Source of the DNA: Basidiobolus meristosporus CBS 931.73
Lineage: Eukaryota > Fungi > Basidiobolomycota
Direction of reading: 5' to 3'
NCBI GenBank assembly: GCA_002104905.1
Contig: MCFE01000427.1
Span: 1-64,000, forward strand
DNA length: 64,000 nucleotides
Positions 24,965 to 36,518 of the stretch are shown here, one piece after another; the first letter of the stretch is position 1; each line of letters starts with the position of its first letter. A program made the position numbers and the translations under genes. The notes below the pieces were generated by a model that saw only the letters and a list, made by a program, of their open reading frames with translations, did not search any database and was not told the DNA's origin.

Positions 24965-25971
24965 ATGAACTTTGGTGAACACCCAGCGGAGTCCCTTGAG
25001 GGGGACCCTTCGTTGTCGACCAACCCCGGACATTTCTTTGACCTCCGCGCGGAGAGCCTGGTGGACATGCCGTTTCACTGGAAGCAGTACTTCGAGGAGC
25101 TACAGAATGCGATGCTGTCCCAGATAACGCTGAACTTTCGAAGCTTGCACGAACGTCTCGATGGAGTAGAGGAGAAGCTGGAGTACGTGCTGCGGACGAG
25201 CGCCGGGAATTACTGGAACGCCAAGGTGTCCGGGATCGAGGCGACCCTGGACAGCCTGACCAACACCACTCCGAAGCCCCCTCACCTTTCACGAAACGAC
25301 CACTTACCGGTTGAGGGCACCCCGGGTAGGCAGCATATACCCGACAGCTCGACCACCCCTCGCCCCAACCCGAACAGTATAAGCAACGCACTTTCCCCAA
25401 CCACCCCAGGTACCGAGAGGTTTCTGTTCCAGGTAAGAAGCCCGAGTGTTGGCCAGTACAACTAACTAGACCTTTGACGGCAGTGTCCCAGCTACCCTCG
25501 GAAGAAAGTGCCAAGGTGAAGGTGCTGCTGAGGCAGTTCGCAGCCGGTGCCATGAACTACATCGACAAGAACGCCACCACCTTTCTCAATGTGAACAACC
25601 ACGCGGGAGGTAAGGCTCTGTGCGCAGTGTAGCCCGTCAGCAGGTCGACGAGGTTCTAACCCCCCCCCCCCTTTGCGTTCTGCGACACGCCAGCCATCTC
25701 CACGATGAAACGATTCGGGCTCTACGAGTCCCCGGCGTGGGACAATTTCACTCAGCTCCACTTCCCCCACGTGCTGAAACGGGACCTGACGGACGAATTG
25801 GTGAAGATAATCACGGTCAAGGTGAAGAACACCAAGGCCAGATACAAAAAAGTAAGGGATCGCGGTTTGGTTTGTCTCGCCCACGGTCCCACTAACCCCC
25901 GACCTCCTCCTCGCATTTAGAAACACTCCACCTCGCAGTCGACCGAACCCAACTCTGGCCTCGATGGCTGA
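24965..25971 (+). CDS. Hypothetical 4-exon protein (259 aa): coiled coil, Pro/Ser/Thr linker, basic helical C-terminal domain
   Basis: Exons 24965-25409, 25484-25609, 25694-25851, 25921-25971 join in frame (780 bp). Introns are GT..AG with (A)CTAAC branch points; TATA-like TTATATA ~75 bp upstream. First donor (25410) chosen because it preserves frame. Confidence 0.75.
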
Positions 25972-26341
25972 GCCTCCGCCTCGGGCAGGAGATCGATTTT
26001 TGTCCAGGATTTTGATATATCTCATTCACCACTTGTATTTTCCCTCGGCCATCTTTGCAGTCAGGCCAAACATATGTAAATGTCCCCGAATGTTGATGAG
26101 TTGCCACTACCACGGAAGGTACATACTGTAATCAATGTAAAGCTCGTCCACAACCCCTCCTCCCTCCTCCCTCCCTCCCCCCGACCACTTTTCCTTCACC
26201 AACACCTTGCCCAGATAAATGTTCGCCGAACCGGAAATGCGAGGGAAGTGCACCTCGCTGACCCGAGAAAACCGATGACTGCTCTAAGGAGAAATGTTTA
26301 TTTGCTGTTTGATGCCAGTTTGGTAAAGATGAGGGGTGAGT

Positions 26342-26756
26342 TTAGAGGGAGCCTTGCATGTTCTGGGACTCGCGTTGGACGCGAGTGATGTAGGCACGGG
26401 AGACGGTGTTCCAGGCCTCCATGTAGCGGTCCATGCACTTGGAGATGCAACCTTGCTCACCGCTGTCGAGACGGGAGCCGGGCTTGGGCACGCACTTGGC
26501 GAAGCATTTGTCGTTCATTTTCTGAAGGGAGAGAGAGTGAAGTGAGTTTGGGGGTTCCGAAGGTAAGGGCTCAACAGCGGGGACCCGATGAACCGAGTCC
26601 CCACACTCTCCTCGGCCCATTTGAAGAAAGACCACTTACGTTGATGAGCTCCTGGGCGTTGGCAAGGGCCAACTCGCTTCTGACTTGGTCCATGACCTGT
26701 TGCTTCTTTCCAGCACCGCTGGAGGGGATGGAGAAATCACTGGCGTATTCACTCAT
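26342..26756 (-). CDS. TIM13: Mitochondrial small Tim chaperone Tim13 (98 aa, 1 intron)
   Basis: Exons 26756-26640 and 26521-26342 give …[12 protein letters not shown]|[10 protein letters not shown]…[20 protein letters not shown], with the twin CX3C motif. Intron GTAAGT..TTCAG. Confidence 0.95.
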
Positions 26757-27239
26757 GGTGTAGGTGTGGTGGTGGAGGTGGTGGTGGTAGTGGAAGTGGA
26801 CACGGACGTCGACGAACTAGGTAAACTTGTAGGTGGTCAGTTTCCTCGAGCTTATTATTCAAAATTTCCTCGTCCCCCCCCCGTTTCCGCTCCCTCCGAT
26901 CGTACCCTCTTTCCCATTTTTTCCAAAGCGAAAATTTTTCCTGCTCCGCCATCTCGCCGATTTCCTCCACTTACGGCGTTCGATTTCGTCCTCTCACCCC
27001 CCCCCACTCCACCGGGGTGGGGGAATCGGAGGTGAGAGTTGGACCAGGGGTGAGAATGTGACAGGGGGAGGGGATGCTATGACGTCAATTCGGAGAGGGC
27101 GCTGACGATGAGGTATGGGCCGCCCGTTTCAGAATGGCCACCTATGATACCATGGCCTGGTGAGCCAAATAAATTCATCTCAGGTGGGATATCTCCAAGG
27201 CGATGTATAAAAGCCAAGGCGGACCTACGGATGCCACCA

Positions 27240-27798
27240 ATGAAGTGTGTAAACCTCTACAGAATCACCATCCTACTGTTCGCACTGTGCGCGGTCTCCT
27301 GCGTGGATCGGGAGGTATCATGGTCGGCCCCTTGCCTCACCCAGTCCCCTGCTAACCCATCTCGAATCACCCTCTAGATTGTCCGTATCACCAGTCCCAA
27401 AGCTGGGGCCACGCTGAAGTTCGGCCAACCGATCGATGTCACCTGGGAGTTGCCGCAGGACCTTGGTTTCATGAATTTCACCGCGGAGCTCTGGTCCCTG
27501 AACACCATCCAGGCTGGGAGCTCCAGGAAAATCGCCACCATCGGACACACAGACTCCTCCAAAGCCCAAAGACAACGGTTCAAGATCCGATGGAATGTCC
27601 CCACCTTCACCACCGAGATGAAGACGGGGTATTTCATCGCGGTGTACGGGAACGTGTTAAAGTAAGTCCCCCCTCCGGAACGAGCTATCCCTGATGAGAG
27701 ACTAACGAACAAGTGGACATAGCAAAGGGCCGGTCTTCTCGTGGGTCTATCCCTGGGACAACGTCTACTACGGGTTGGTCAACGTTCGCTTCGCCTGA
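27240..27798 (+). CDS. Small secreted protein (147 aa) with a Kre9/Knh1-like N-terminal Ig-like domain
   Basis: Exons 27240-27314, 27378-27661, 27714-27798 in frame (444 bp). Signal peptide, then ITSPKAGATLKFGQPIDVTW…RWNVP. TATAAAA at 27206-27212. Confidence 0.8.
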
Positions 27799-28486
27799 GT
27801 GCTCGGATGAAAACCTCGTGTCACCAAGAATACCGCCAGAATAAACAAACCTTGCTTCGTTTGAAACAACCAGGGACTTAAGTGATTTATAGGAATAGCA
27901 TGCAACTTGCCATGTTGTCACCATGGGCATGCGGGTGGCGAGGGGGGGGGGTATCCTAGCATTCTTCCAAGGCCCCCGTCCCTTGATGCGTATGATCTAA
28001 CTTGGCTGTAAATGAATCCGATGAGGGTTAGAGTGAGTGATTTGTGCCCAACACCAAATTAATGAGCAACTGGAGTGGTACCTGATCCATCCAGATCGCG
28101 CTACATGGATACTGGTGCTGGATGATGTTGACCAGGATCCAGTCATTGCCTGGCAATTGTGGGTGGGATATATCCGCGATCCAAAGATGCAGTGCACCCG
28201 AAGGTGCCATGCGTACATGTGTCTTCATGCAAGCAGCCATCAGGAGTTTCGGGTTTAGGAGATGCTGTTCTGCAGGTATTCCAATTGCCAGGGATAACTT
28301 CCGTAAGGCGTATCCATGTAATGGAGGGCCAATAATCCGAGCTTCACGGTGAGCGGCTACAGCACTATTTAAGTGCACCAGAGGCCACACTGGATGTCCA
28401 AGCAAGTATCATCCTCATCTCTAGTAGCCAGCACCAAGCACCGCTTTCACCAAGCATATAGATCTTCTTTCCCTCCACCATCAATC

Positions 28487-29038
28487 ATGCGTTTCTTCTC
28501 AGTCAGCCTTGCCTTGGTCGCTTTGACCTCCCTCCTCCTGACCAGCGCCAATGCTGCGTCATTTGAGAAACGCCACGGAAACGAGAAACACGTGGCCTCT
28601 GCGCTTGAGAAACGTCACGGTAACGAGAAACATGTGGATGCTGTACTTGAGAAGCGTCATGGTAACGAGAAACACATCGCGGCGGTTCTTGAGAAACGCC
28701 ATGGCAACGAGAAACATGTGGATGCTGTACTTGAGAAGCGTCACGGCAACGAGAAACACATCGCCGAGCTTGAGAAGCGCCACGGAAATGAGAAACACGT
28801 AGTAGAGCTCGAGAAGCGCCACGGCAACGAGAAGCATATCGCCGAGCTCGAGAAGCGTCATGGTAACGAGAAACACGTCGCGGCGGTCCTCGAGAAGCGT
28901 CATGGCAACGAGAAGCACGTGGTAGGCCTCGAGAAACGTCACGGTAACGAGAAGCACATTGCTGAACTCGAGAAACGCCATGGCAAGGAGAAGCACGTGG
29001 CCAGCGTGGAGAAGCGACACGGTAATGAGAAACATTAG
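28487..29038 (+). CDS. KEX2-processed repeat protein (KEP, 183 aa) with 12 HG(N/K)EKH cores
   Basis: Signal peptide MRFFSVSLALVALTSLLLTSANA, then repeats KR-HGNEKH-(4-5 aa)-EKR. Synonymous codon variation among repeats with a conserved core. Confidence 0.93.
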   Translation: MRFFSVSLALVALTSLLLTSANAASFEKRHGNEKHVASALEKRHGNEKHVDAVLEKRHGNEKHIAAVLEKRHGNEKHVDAVLEKRHGNEKHIAELEKRHGNEKHVVELEKRHGNEKHIAELEKRHGNEKHVAAVLEKRHGNEKHVVGLEKRHGNEKHIAELEKRHGKEKHVASVEKRHGNEKH

Positions 29039-29401
29039 AGGGCCGCAACCACTAGACCCACACCCAAAGAACCCTCATTTATCACCAGATCCCCCGTATC
29101 TCACTGGCCTGTATACAGCCATACGGCGAAACCAATAATTATCAAGCAACACCCGAATTAACCCAGAATTCACTATTTGCCCAATAAATTACCCGCTGTT
29201 TATTTCGATCTTGGGTGTGTGCTCGAGTTGATCTGGAACGGTATTTCGGGCTCCAGTCCTTTCATCAACCGGAGCCACTAGTGAGTATCATGATAAGGGG
29301 TGGGGTGAGGTGAGGTGAGGTGGGATGGGTAAAGGAGTAGGAAACAATGTGGCAGGGACAGCAGACTACCTGCCCTGCCTGCGTTCCTCTTCTCTCCCCT
29401 C

Positions 29402-29800
29402 CTAGAGAACTTTTTTGCTCACGAATTGGCCACCGGTAGTCCCCTCACGCACGAAGGTGGGGTCGTTCTTGGCCAACCAATTCTCCAGCAGGGCCAGGTT
29501 GTAGATGTTGGCCTTGAACAGGACATCCAAGAAGTCCCCGACGAAAGGGACCAGTCCGATCACGGCGTCCACGACGACGTTCAACACCATCAGCCCGATC
29601 AGGGTGACCGGGATGCCGAGCTGGGCGGACATGTAGATCTGGTACAGCGAGATGAGCAAACCGGCAATGTCACCTATCCCGGGGATCAGCCCAATCAGAG
29701 GGTCAAGGCCGATACCAAAGGGCACACCGGGGATCGCATCCATGTAGGAGGCGAAACGGCGGATGTTGTTGAGCAAACGCTGCTTTTCACTGGAGTTCAT
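29402..29800 (-). CDS. DUF4112 domain membrane protein (132 aa)
   Basis: MDAIPGVPFGIGLDPLIGLIPGIGD and IGLVPFVGDFLDVLFKANIYNLALLE are typical DUF4112 motifs. Confidence 0.88.
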   Translation of the reverse strand: MNSSEKQRLLNNIRRFASYMDAIPGVPFGIGLDPLIGLIPGIGDIAGLLISLYQIYMSAQLGIPVTLIGLMVLNVVVDAVIGLVPFVGDFLDVLFKANIYNLALLENWLAKNDPTFVREGTTGGQFVSKKVL

Positions 29801-30420
29801 GGAGATGCACAGTGGTGAAGGTCAAGGTGAAGGCGAAGGCGAGGTGGATGGACTTGAACAAGAACCGTAATCCCCAGGATGAATTAGGTCACTACTAGCA
29901 TGACTGTCTTCAGGGATGGATTGGTTCGGGTTCGCAGTTAAGCTTCATCCAATCGATGTGGAGAATACCTGACTGGTCTATGGATCAGGATTGGCTACGG
30001 AAATATCCCATAGATCTCGCTTCGGGTTGCCACCTCTGAAAGACGTAACAAGATAACAGGATCCGCAGAGATAAATGTAGGTGGTGAGCATCTCACATAC
30101 TGATGCCAACTCACCTCGCAACGACAGGGCCAGCGAAACGGCTCTTATCTATCAAGCTGATTCGCCATAGAAAGGAAGGTGAGGCTCAAACGCACGTGCT
30201 ACTCCAAATCAATGGCCACTATATTTGGCACAACCGATATGGGACCACAATACTGGCTGGCAGCATCTTTCCGAAACCGTCGATGCCTATTTTATCAGGC
30301 CACGGGTAAAATCTCATTCGAGTCATCCTTGCTCAGGAGGTCCGAGATCCTTTATAAGCGTAGATCAGGGCCTTGCCAACTACTTTTCCACTTCTCCACC
30401 CCCACCCCCCCCCCGCAAAA

Positions 30421-31897
30421 ATGGTTCTTGAGAGCAATCCCGTCAAGTTAGAGAAGGTCCCTGACGCCAATGGGTTCTTCGGACCGTTCGGCGGCTCTTT
30501 CATTCCGCCGGAGCTCCAGAAACAAATGGACGACATTAATTTCGGGTATACTCGACTTAGCAAGTCCCACGATTTCATCCAAGGTGAGTGCTAGACGCAG
30601 CCCCGGTCGCATTTTCGGTCGGCTGACGTTGTTTCGGTTGATGTAGAACTACGCAGGATCCGCAAGCACTTCCAAGGTCGCCCGACCCCTGTCTATTACT
30701 GCAAAAACCTCAGTGAGAAGATTGGCGGCGGCCGAATCTATCTGAAGCGAGAGGATCTGAATCACACCGGCGCCCACAAGTTGAACCATTGCATGGGAGA
30801 AGCCCTGGTGGCGAAATACCTGGGCAAGAAAAAGCTGATCGCCGAGACCGGAGCGGTGGGTAGATCCTCGTCACCTGCGCCACCCCTTTGTTCATCCCGC
30901 TAACCATCATCCTCTGCAGGGGCAGCATGGCGTCGCTTTAGCCACGGCAGCGGCCTACTTCGGCCTCGAGTGTGAGATCCACATGGGAGAGGTGGATATT
31001 GCCAAGGAGCATCCGAATGTCACCAGAATGAAGATCTTGGGCGCCAAGGTCGTCCCGGCCACCCACGGACTAAAAACGCTCAAGGAGGCGGTGGATTCCG
31101 CATTCGAGGCGTATCTCAAAGATCCAATCGACTCCATCTACTGCATCGGCAGTGTGGTAGGCCCACACCCATTCCCCAAAATGGTGCGCGAGTTTCAGCA
31201 TGTGGTGGGCCTGGAGGCACGTGAGCAATATCTGGAGATGACTGGTGAGTGGCGGTTATGCACTGAGTCCAGGATGCAATCTTGACTGACTGTGGTGTTC
31301 AATTAGGGGATCTTCCTGACCATGTTGTCGCATGTGTGGGTGGTGGCTCAAATGCCATTGGAATGTTCACTGCTTTCCTTGAGGATAGCGAAGTTCAGCT
31401 GCACGGAGTGGAGCCAATGGGCAAAGGAACCAAACTTGGTGAACACGCAGCCTCGTTGAGCTATGGCGAGGAAGGAATCATGCACGGTTTCAACTCGATC
31501 ATGCTGAAGGATGAAGCCGGTGAGCCCGCCCCGGTCTACTCTATCGCTTCTGGCTTGGACTATCCCAGCGTAGGTCCAGAGCATGCTTACCTCAACTCCG
31601 TGGGCAGAACCCAAGTTGGTACGGCTAACGACGAGGAGACGCTGCATGCGTTTTTCCAGCTTTCACGACGGGAAGGTAAGGTGGTGGAGTAGCTGAGTTG
31701 CCGGTTGTATGCTAACCGATAGCGTTCTAGGAATCATCCCAGCTCTAGAGTCGGCTCATGCTGTGGCATATGCCATCAAGCTCGCCCGAGAAAACCCCAA
31801 TGCCAGCATCTTGGTAAATCTCAGTGGACGTGGTGACAAAGATATAGATTTCGTCATGGAGAAATATGGGGAGTATGCTGACCGCGACGACTATTGA
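30421..31897 (+). CDS. trpB: Stand-alone tryptophan synthase beta subunit (410 aa, 4 introns)
   Basis: Exons 30421-30583, 30647-30855, 30920-31244, 31307-31675, 31731-31897 (1233 bp). [14 protein letters not shown] (PLP lysine), [50 protein letters not shown]. No alpha domain. Confidence 0.96.
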
Positions 31898-32929
31898 TGT
31901 ACTGTATTCTTGACCTAAATAAATAATGTTCCCCGTAATTCCCCCGTAGCTCTATCATTCAGCCTTGGATTGTATCTTGTATGCTGGATAACCAAAGGAT
32001 TAAGCTTTCCTGCACAATATTGGTCAGATGGGATATATCAAGCCACTGATTATTTTCCAAGAAAGCATTGCATTAAATTGCTCATCAACTGCTATCTTGA
32101 GTCCATTTCCTAATTGGTTTTCATAGCTTTTGTGGCTGACCAACTCATTTATTGGCCAGTACAATGATTGATGAATACTGGGCCTTTTAGTGTAGTGTGT
32201 TACATACCTATTTTCCAACTCTTAATGTTTTAAATGTTTCAGAATCACCTAAAGCTAACACTAGATTTAACATTCTAATCATGTTAAACTTTATCATGTA
32301 CCAGAATATTTTGCTGATCTTTGATATAACTCACATGCTATGTGCAACATTATCAGTATTCTATAGGATTATTCCCAGACCCAAAAACTTTGAAGCTAGC
32401 AGATTTGTTTGTAGATTCCATGGATTGCTCAGCATCTATGTATTTGCACCAAATGCAGAAATAAAAGTTCTAAATACTTATACAGTTTACAAGCTTTCCA
32501 TACCAACTATATGCTGAGTAAAATGCAAGATTATAAAGCAGTTATCTGAAAACAAAAAATTTTCTGAATAACTTAATTCTTTGAAATGACATTCCATAGG
32601 AACCAAGTATGGTTTTAGATTCCAAGCTCAAGTCAAATGAGTATTATTTTTAGAAGGTAAACCAAGATCAGTTTGTCATAGACCAATTGAATAAATTCTT
32701 GAGGAAATATCTTTTGGTTCAATCAGCTTTGTAAAGATCATACCAAGTATATATTTTAAAAGTCACATCAAGGAGTATTGTCCTAAACTTTGCTGAGCAA
32801 GCTATCTTAATCTACCTGTAGTGCTCTGCACTCAGCTGCTCTCTGACACAGTACATCTCAGCAAAAGAGTCATACATTCCTTCTTGGATGCAACAGAAGT
32901 AACAGTGCTCAAAAGCTGAAAATGGTCTA

Positions 32930-33332
32930 GAGAGAAATTGTTGATTTCTAAGTTGTGCTAAGACACAATCTTAATTTTGTCAAGACACACACTAAGCCAA
33001 AAGGTTCAGTAATCTTTATTTACACTTCTCTGGTGGGTATTTAGGTGCATAAGACAGATGAAAATTGCATCATCAATTAGCCAATGCCTTGGCAACTGCA
33101 TAGTGGTTGGAACAATCTCAGATGGCTAATCACTTGGAAATGCTCAGCAGATCAGTTGAGGATGTAATGGCAACATGAAAACTGATCAGGTATGACAGCT
33201 AAATTAGATTCTGGGAGGTGATAAAATAAACTACAGCTGGGATTAGTTAAGTTTGGGTTAGGGAAAATCAGTTTGAGTACTAGATTTTCAAATGGAGTAA
33301 AATTGGCTAAGTTTAGGTGTTTATGCACAACA
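32930..33332 (-). repeat. Partial degenerate LTR, family C
   Basis: Reverse-complement homolog of the first ~400 bp of 58972-59668 and 60671-61367; ends ATGCACAACA. Left end approximate. Confidence 0.7.
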
Positions 33333-34606
33333 ATAAGTACCCCATAGTAAGTGCCACCTGAGCTTAGTGGAATATGTTGTAAGAGTCTTGAAAATGTTGG
33401 AAGTGATTGGTAAAAAAATAGAATATTGGGTCCCACTTGGTGATTTATTGAATGTAAAAGTAATATTTATACTTTCTCCTGGTCTTGGCCAACCCTAAAC
33501 ACAGAGTATTTTAAGGAAGCTCCTGAGAGCATGTGTGTAAAGATTGGGGCTGTTTGAACAACTTCAAAATTTCTGATGTTCTGAGCACCTGATATTCTGG
33601 GGAAAATATTCCAGATTTAGACAAGGGACTTAATTAGAATTCTCTGCACCATGTAGACAATGATCTCAGTGACTAATTCAGGTGTGTATTTAGGTGAAGC
33701 TGCAAAATTTGCAACCTATGATATGATTTGGATGCTAGAGGGATCTCCACTTACTAGGCTCATACCAGTAAAGCTGCAGTAAAGATTCTTGTTACATCAT
33801 CAGGGGGCTCAATTCCATGATTTATCTGCTGATCTAAGTGAAGGTAGAATAAATATTCATTTGAGCTATCTACAAAGCTTATATTGTATGTAGAGAATAA
33901 AACTTTTGGCTGATTAGCTCTATTTGGTTTGCCTGTAGAGAACCTGCAGTTCATAATTCAGCACTTAAACAGGGACAATAAATTTACCCATAACATTTGT
34001 GGATTACTATGAAAGTATTCACCTGGGGTTTAAGTAATATACCTCAGAAGCAGGAACTCCAAGTACCACTGTTGCCAAAGTTGCATATGAGGCTTTGGAT
34101 ACATATGTTTTTGAGATCTTCTCAAGCATCCTGCTGATGCTTTCTTTGCAAGGACACAGTAAAGTAACAGCTTCTCTCAAGCTTGATGTGTCATCAAGCA
34201 GAAACTGTGCAACCTGCAGGTTCTTTCAGCTATCCTCAGTGTCCTGAAGGTGCCAGAAATAATGATGAGCCATCAAGGCAATAGTGTTTCAACAAGTTGC
34301 AGGCATTAATACCAGTATTATTTTAAAGGGAGCTAAGAGATGTGTCAGTTATAAAGGTACTCCTAACAGTAACACTACATAACACTTCTCCTTCAGCAAA
34401 TGCCACAGTAATAGATTGTTGCCTGTGCCAGAGTATCAATGGGTGTATCTATTGAAAGATTTTGATCTTGGCAAACAATTACCAATGCTCAGGCTCACTC
34501 TGCATGAATACCAGAAGCATTATGCAATTTCCTTTCAACTACAGCATAAAATCTGGTTGGTGCTGACTTGATATTTGGCATTGTAAGTCATCTGTAACAG
34601 TAAGGG

Positions 34607-34912
34607 TTAGGCATCAGATTGATTAAGTGATTGCAGACAAACAGCACAGCAGTGAGTGTTTGATTGAGCTTGGCAAGTACTGCCAGATGCCATGAGCCCT
34701 GCCTTGTAAGTGGCCATCCTGACCCAACTGCCATATCCATTGGAGTTGGCAACACTTATAAAAATCCTATTTCCATTATAGGCTACAGCATATGCACAAC
34801 ACCGCCTGGTCATGGCTCCTGAATTGTACCAACCAATGGTAGTGTTTTTGACAAGTGATAAAAGTCCCACCAAGGGCACTGGAGAGCAGAGGAGGCAAGT
34901 CAAGAAAAGCAC
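34607..34912 (-). pseudogene. Decayed paralog of the 93-aa Cys-rich secreted protein
   Basis: Aligns with 36901-37182, but the start codon is GTG, the stop is read through, Cys residues are altered and many CpG sites have become TpG/CpA. Confidence 0.8.
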
Positions 34913-35986
34913 AATAGTGAACCAAGTGCAAGGAAGGGCGATGGGATGGTGGATGAATATACTTTAGCACTCTGTTGTTGCTTTTGTCATGACTACAAGG
35001 GTGCTGATCCATGCTTCCACATTATTGATTGAGTGGATGATCCAGAGAAGTATAGGGTAATCACCAAGGTTTTAATAAATCCATGTCTGTTCTCTAGAAC
35101 ACTATTGAGGACAAGCAATCACAAGGGCATTAGTGAACACGGAGTCACAGTTTTGTTGATGCCCACGATGTCTACAGGTGAATGGAAGATGAGCGTGTGA
35201 GCATATATGGGAAAGATCTACGTTGCCAACATTGGTTCGGTGATACGATGCGCTTGAATTTGAGAATGGCAATTACGCCTGCTGATCTGCTTTTTTGGCA
35301 GTTACTTCCGTTGGCACCAGAGCCTATTGGTTCGCAGACAATAAGCGATTTAATGGAAGCAGTACAAATAGACTTCGTTGTGTTCTACACGTGTAGCGAA
35401 TCCATCAATCTGTAGAATTCCAAGTAATTTCCTAATATACCGTTCATCAAAAGAACTGTGTATTTGATGTAACTATAGATAATACCGGCACTGATGAACC
35501 CTCCTCACTTGTGACATAACTCGATTCTATTATCCAATTCATACTTGTAACAAATGAAGATATTATCGTGATTAGCTGAAGCACTTATTTTGTAGCGGGC
35601 TCCTATCATTTTTGCTCCAAAGTCAAGCCCACACACCTGCACACCCAATCTTGCTTACTCCGGCCCATATGTAGCTGTATAAACCATGATATCCATCCGT
35701 ATCAGCTGTAAATGGGATCATGCCAGAGATTGGTAGGCGTATTGGTCCAACACATCTCCATCTGAGTCAATATTCCCAGAGCCTATAAATGAATCATGTG
35801 CGCAGTAACAAGGTGTACGCCTTCGTATCAATATTCTAATGTGTGCAGTAATACTATCTAATCGTGCTACAAGTTAAGCCCGTACTACCGCTATCTACGA
35901 CATCACTTGAAGAAGTGCTACTCTGAAGGATGGGGAAAGAGCATTTCACTAGTCTGCAATGGGAAAATGCTTACTCCCGGCATTAG

Positions 35987-35994
35987 TATATATA
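35987..35994 (+). promoter_or_regulatory. TATA box of the lysozyme gene
   Basis: TATATATA ~35 bp upstream of the ATG at 36027. Confidence 0.55.
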
Positions 35995-36026
35995 GCAGCC
36001 ATTGCATGCGCTGATAAGCCAAGAAA

Positions 36027-36518
36027 ATGCAATTTAGCAGCAAGGGTGAGAATCTACTGAAGTCCATCGAGGGCCTATCGTTGCAACCGTACGATGATCA
36101 AAAGGGCCTGAGTTCGGCGCCAATCAAGAGCTGGGTTGCAGGAGCAACCATTGGGTACGGACACCTGATCCCCAGCGCTCAGTGGAGCAAGTACAAGAGC
36201 GGCATCACCAAGGCCGAGGCTGAAGCCCTTTTCCAAGCCGACCTCAAGCCATTCGTGCAGGCTGTCAACGATTCGGCCAAAGTGAAGCTCCAGCAGCAGT
36301 TTGATGCCTGCGTGCTTTTATGCTTCAACATTGGCGTTAGTGCATTCAAGACCTCCTCTGTAGTCAAGATCCTGAACGGGCAAACCACCAGCTACCCCTC
36401 CCTGGAAGCGGCCTGGAAAGCCTGGAACAAGAGCCAAGGACAGGTGAATGCTGGACTGGTCAACAGACGAAATGCCGAATGGAAAATCTATACACAAGGA
36501 ATCTACGAGAAGTGGTAG
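36027..36518 (+). CDS. Phage-type lysozyme/muramidase (GH24, 163 aa), intronless, no signal peptide
   Basis: IEGLSLQPYDD, ATIGYGH (E-D-T catalytic triad), ITKAEAEALF, QQFDA…FNIGVSAFKTSS, GLVNRRNAE. Confidence 0.92.
   Translation: MQFSSKGENLLKSIEGLSLQPYDDQKGLSSAPIKSWVAGATIGYGHLIPSAQWSKYKSGITKAEAEALFQADLKPFVQAVNDSAKVKLQQQFDACVLLCFNIGVSAFKTSSVVKILNGQTTSYPSLEAAWKAWNKSQGQVNAGLVNRRNAEWKIYTQGIYEKW

Noticed and set aside
24224-25553. Several 60-230 aa ORFs at 24.2-25.5 kb other than the spliced gene
   Set aside because: No motifs or splice support; typical GC-rich shadow ORFs around the 24965 gene and its promoter.
28503-29048. Long antisense and alternative-frame ORFs over the KEP gene
   Set aside because: By-products of a GC-rich coding repeat; no recognisable features.
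30421-36518. Bacterial contamination as the source of trpB or the lysozyme
   Set aside because: trpB has four canonical introns, and the lysozyme has a TATA box between fungal paralogs. Long-read confirmation is still advisable for the intronless genes.
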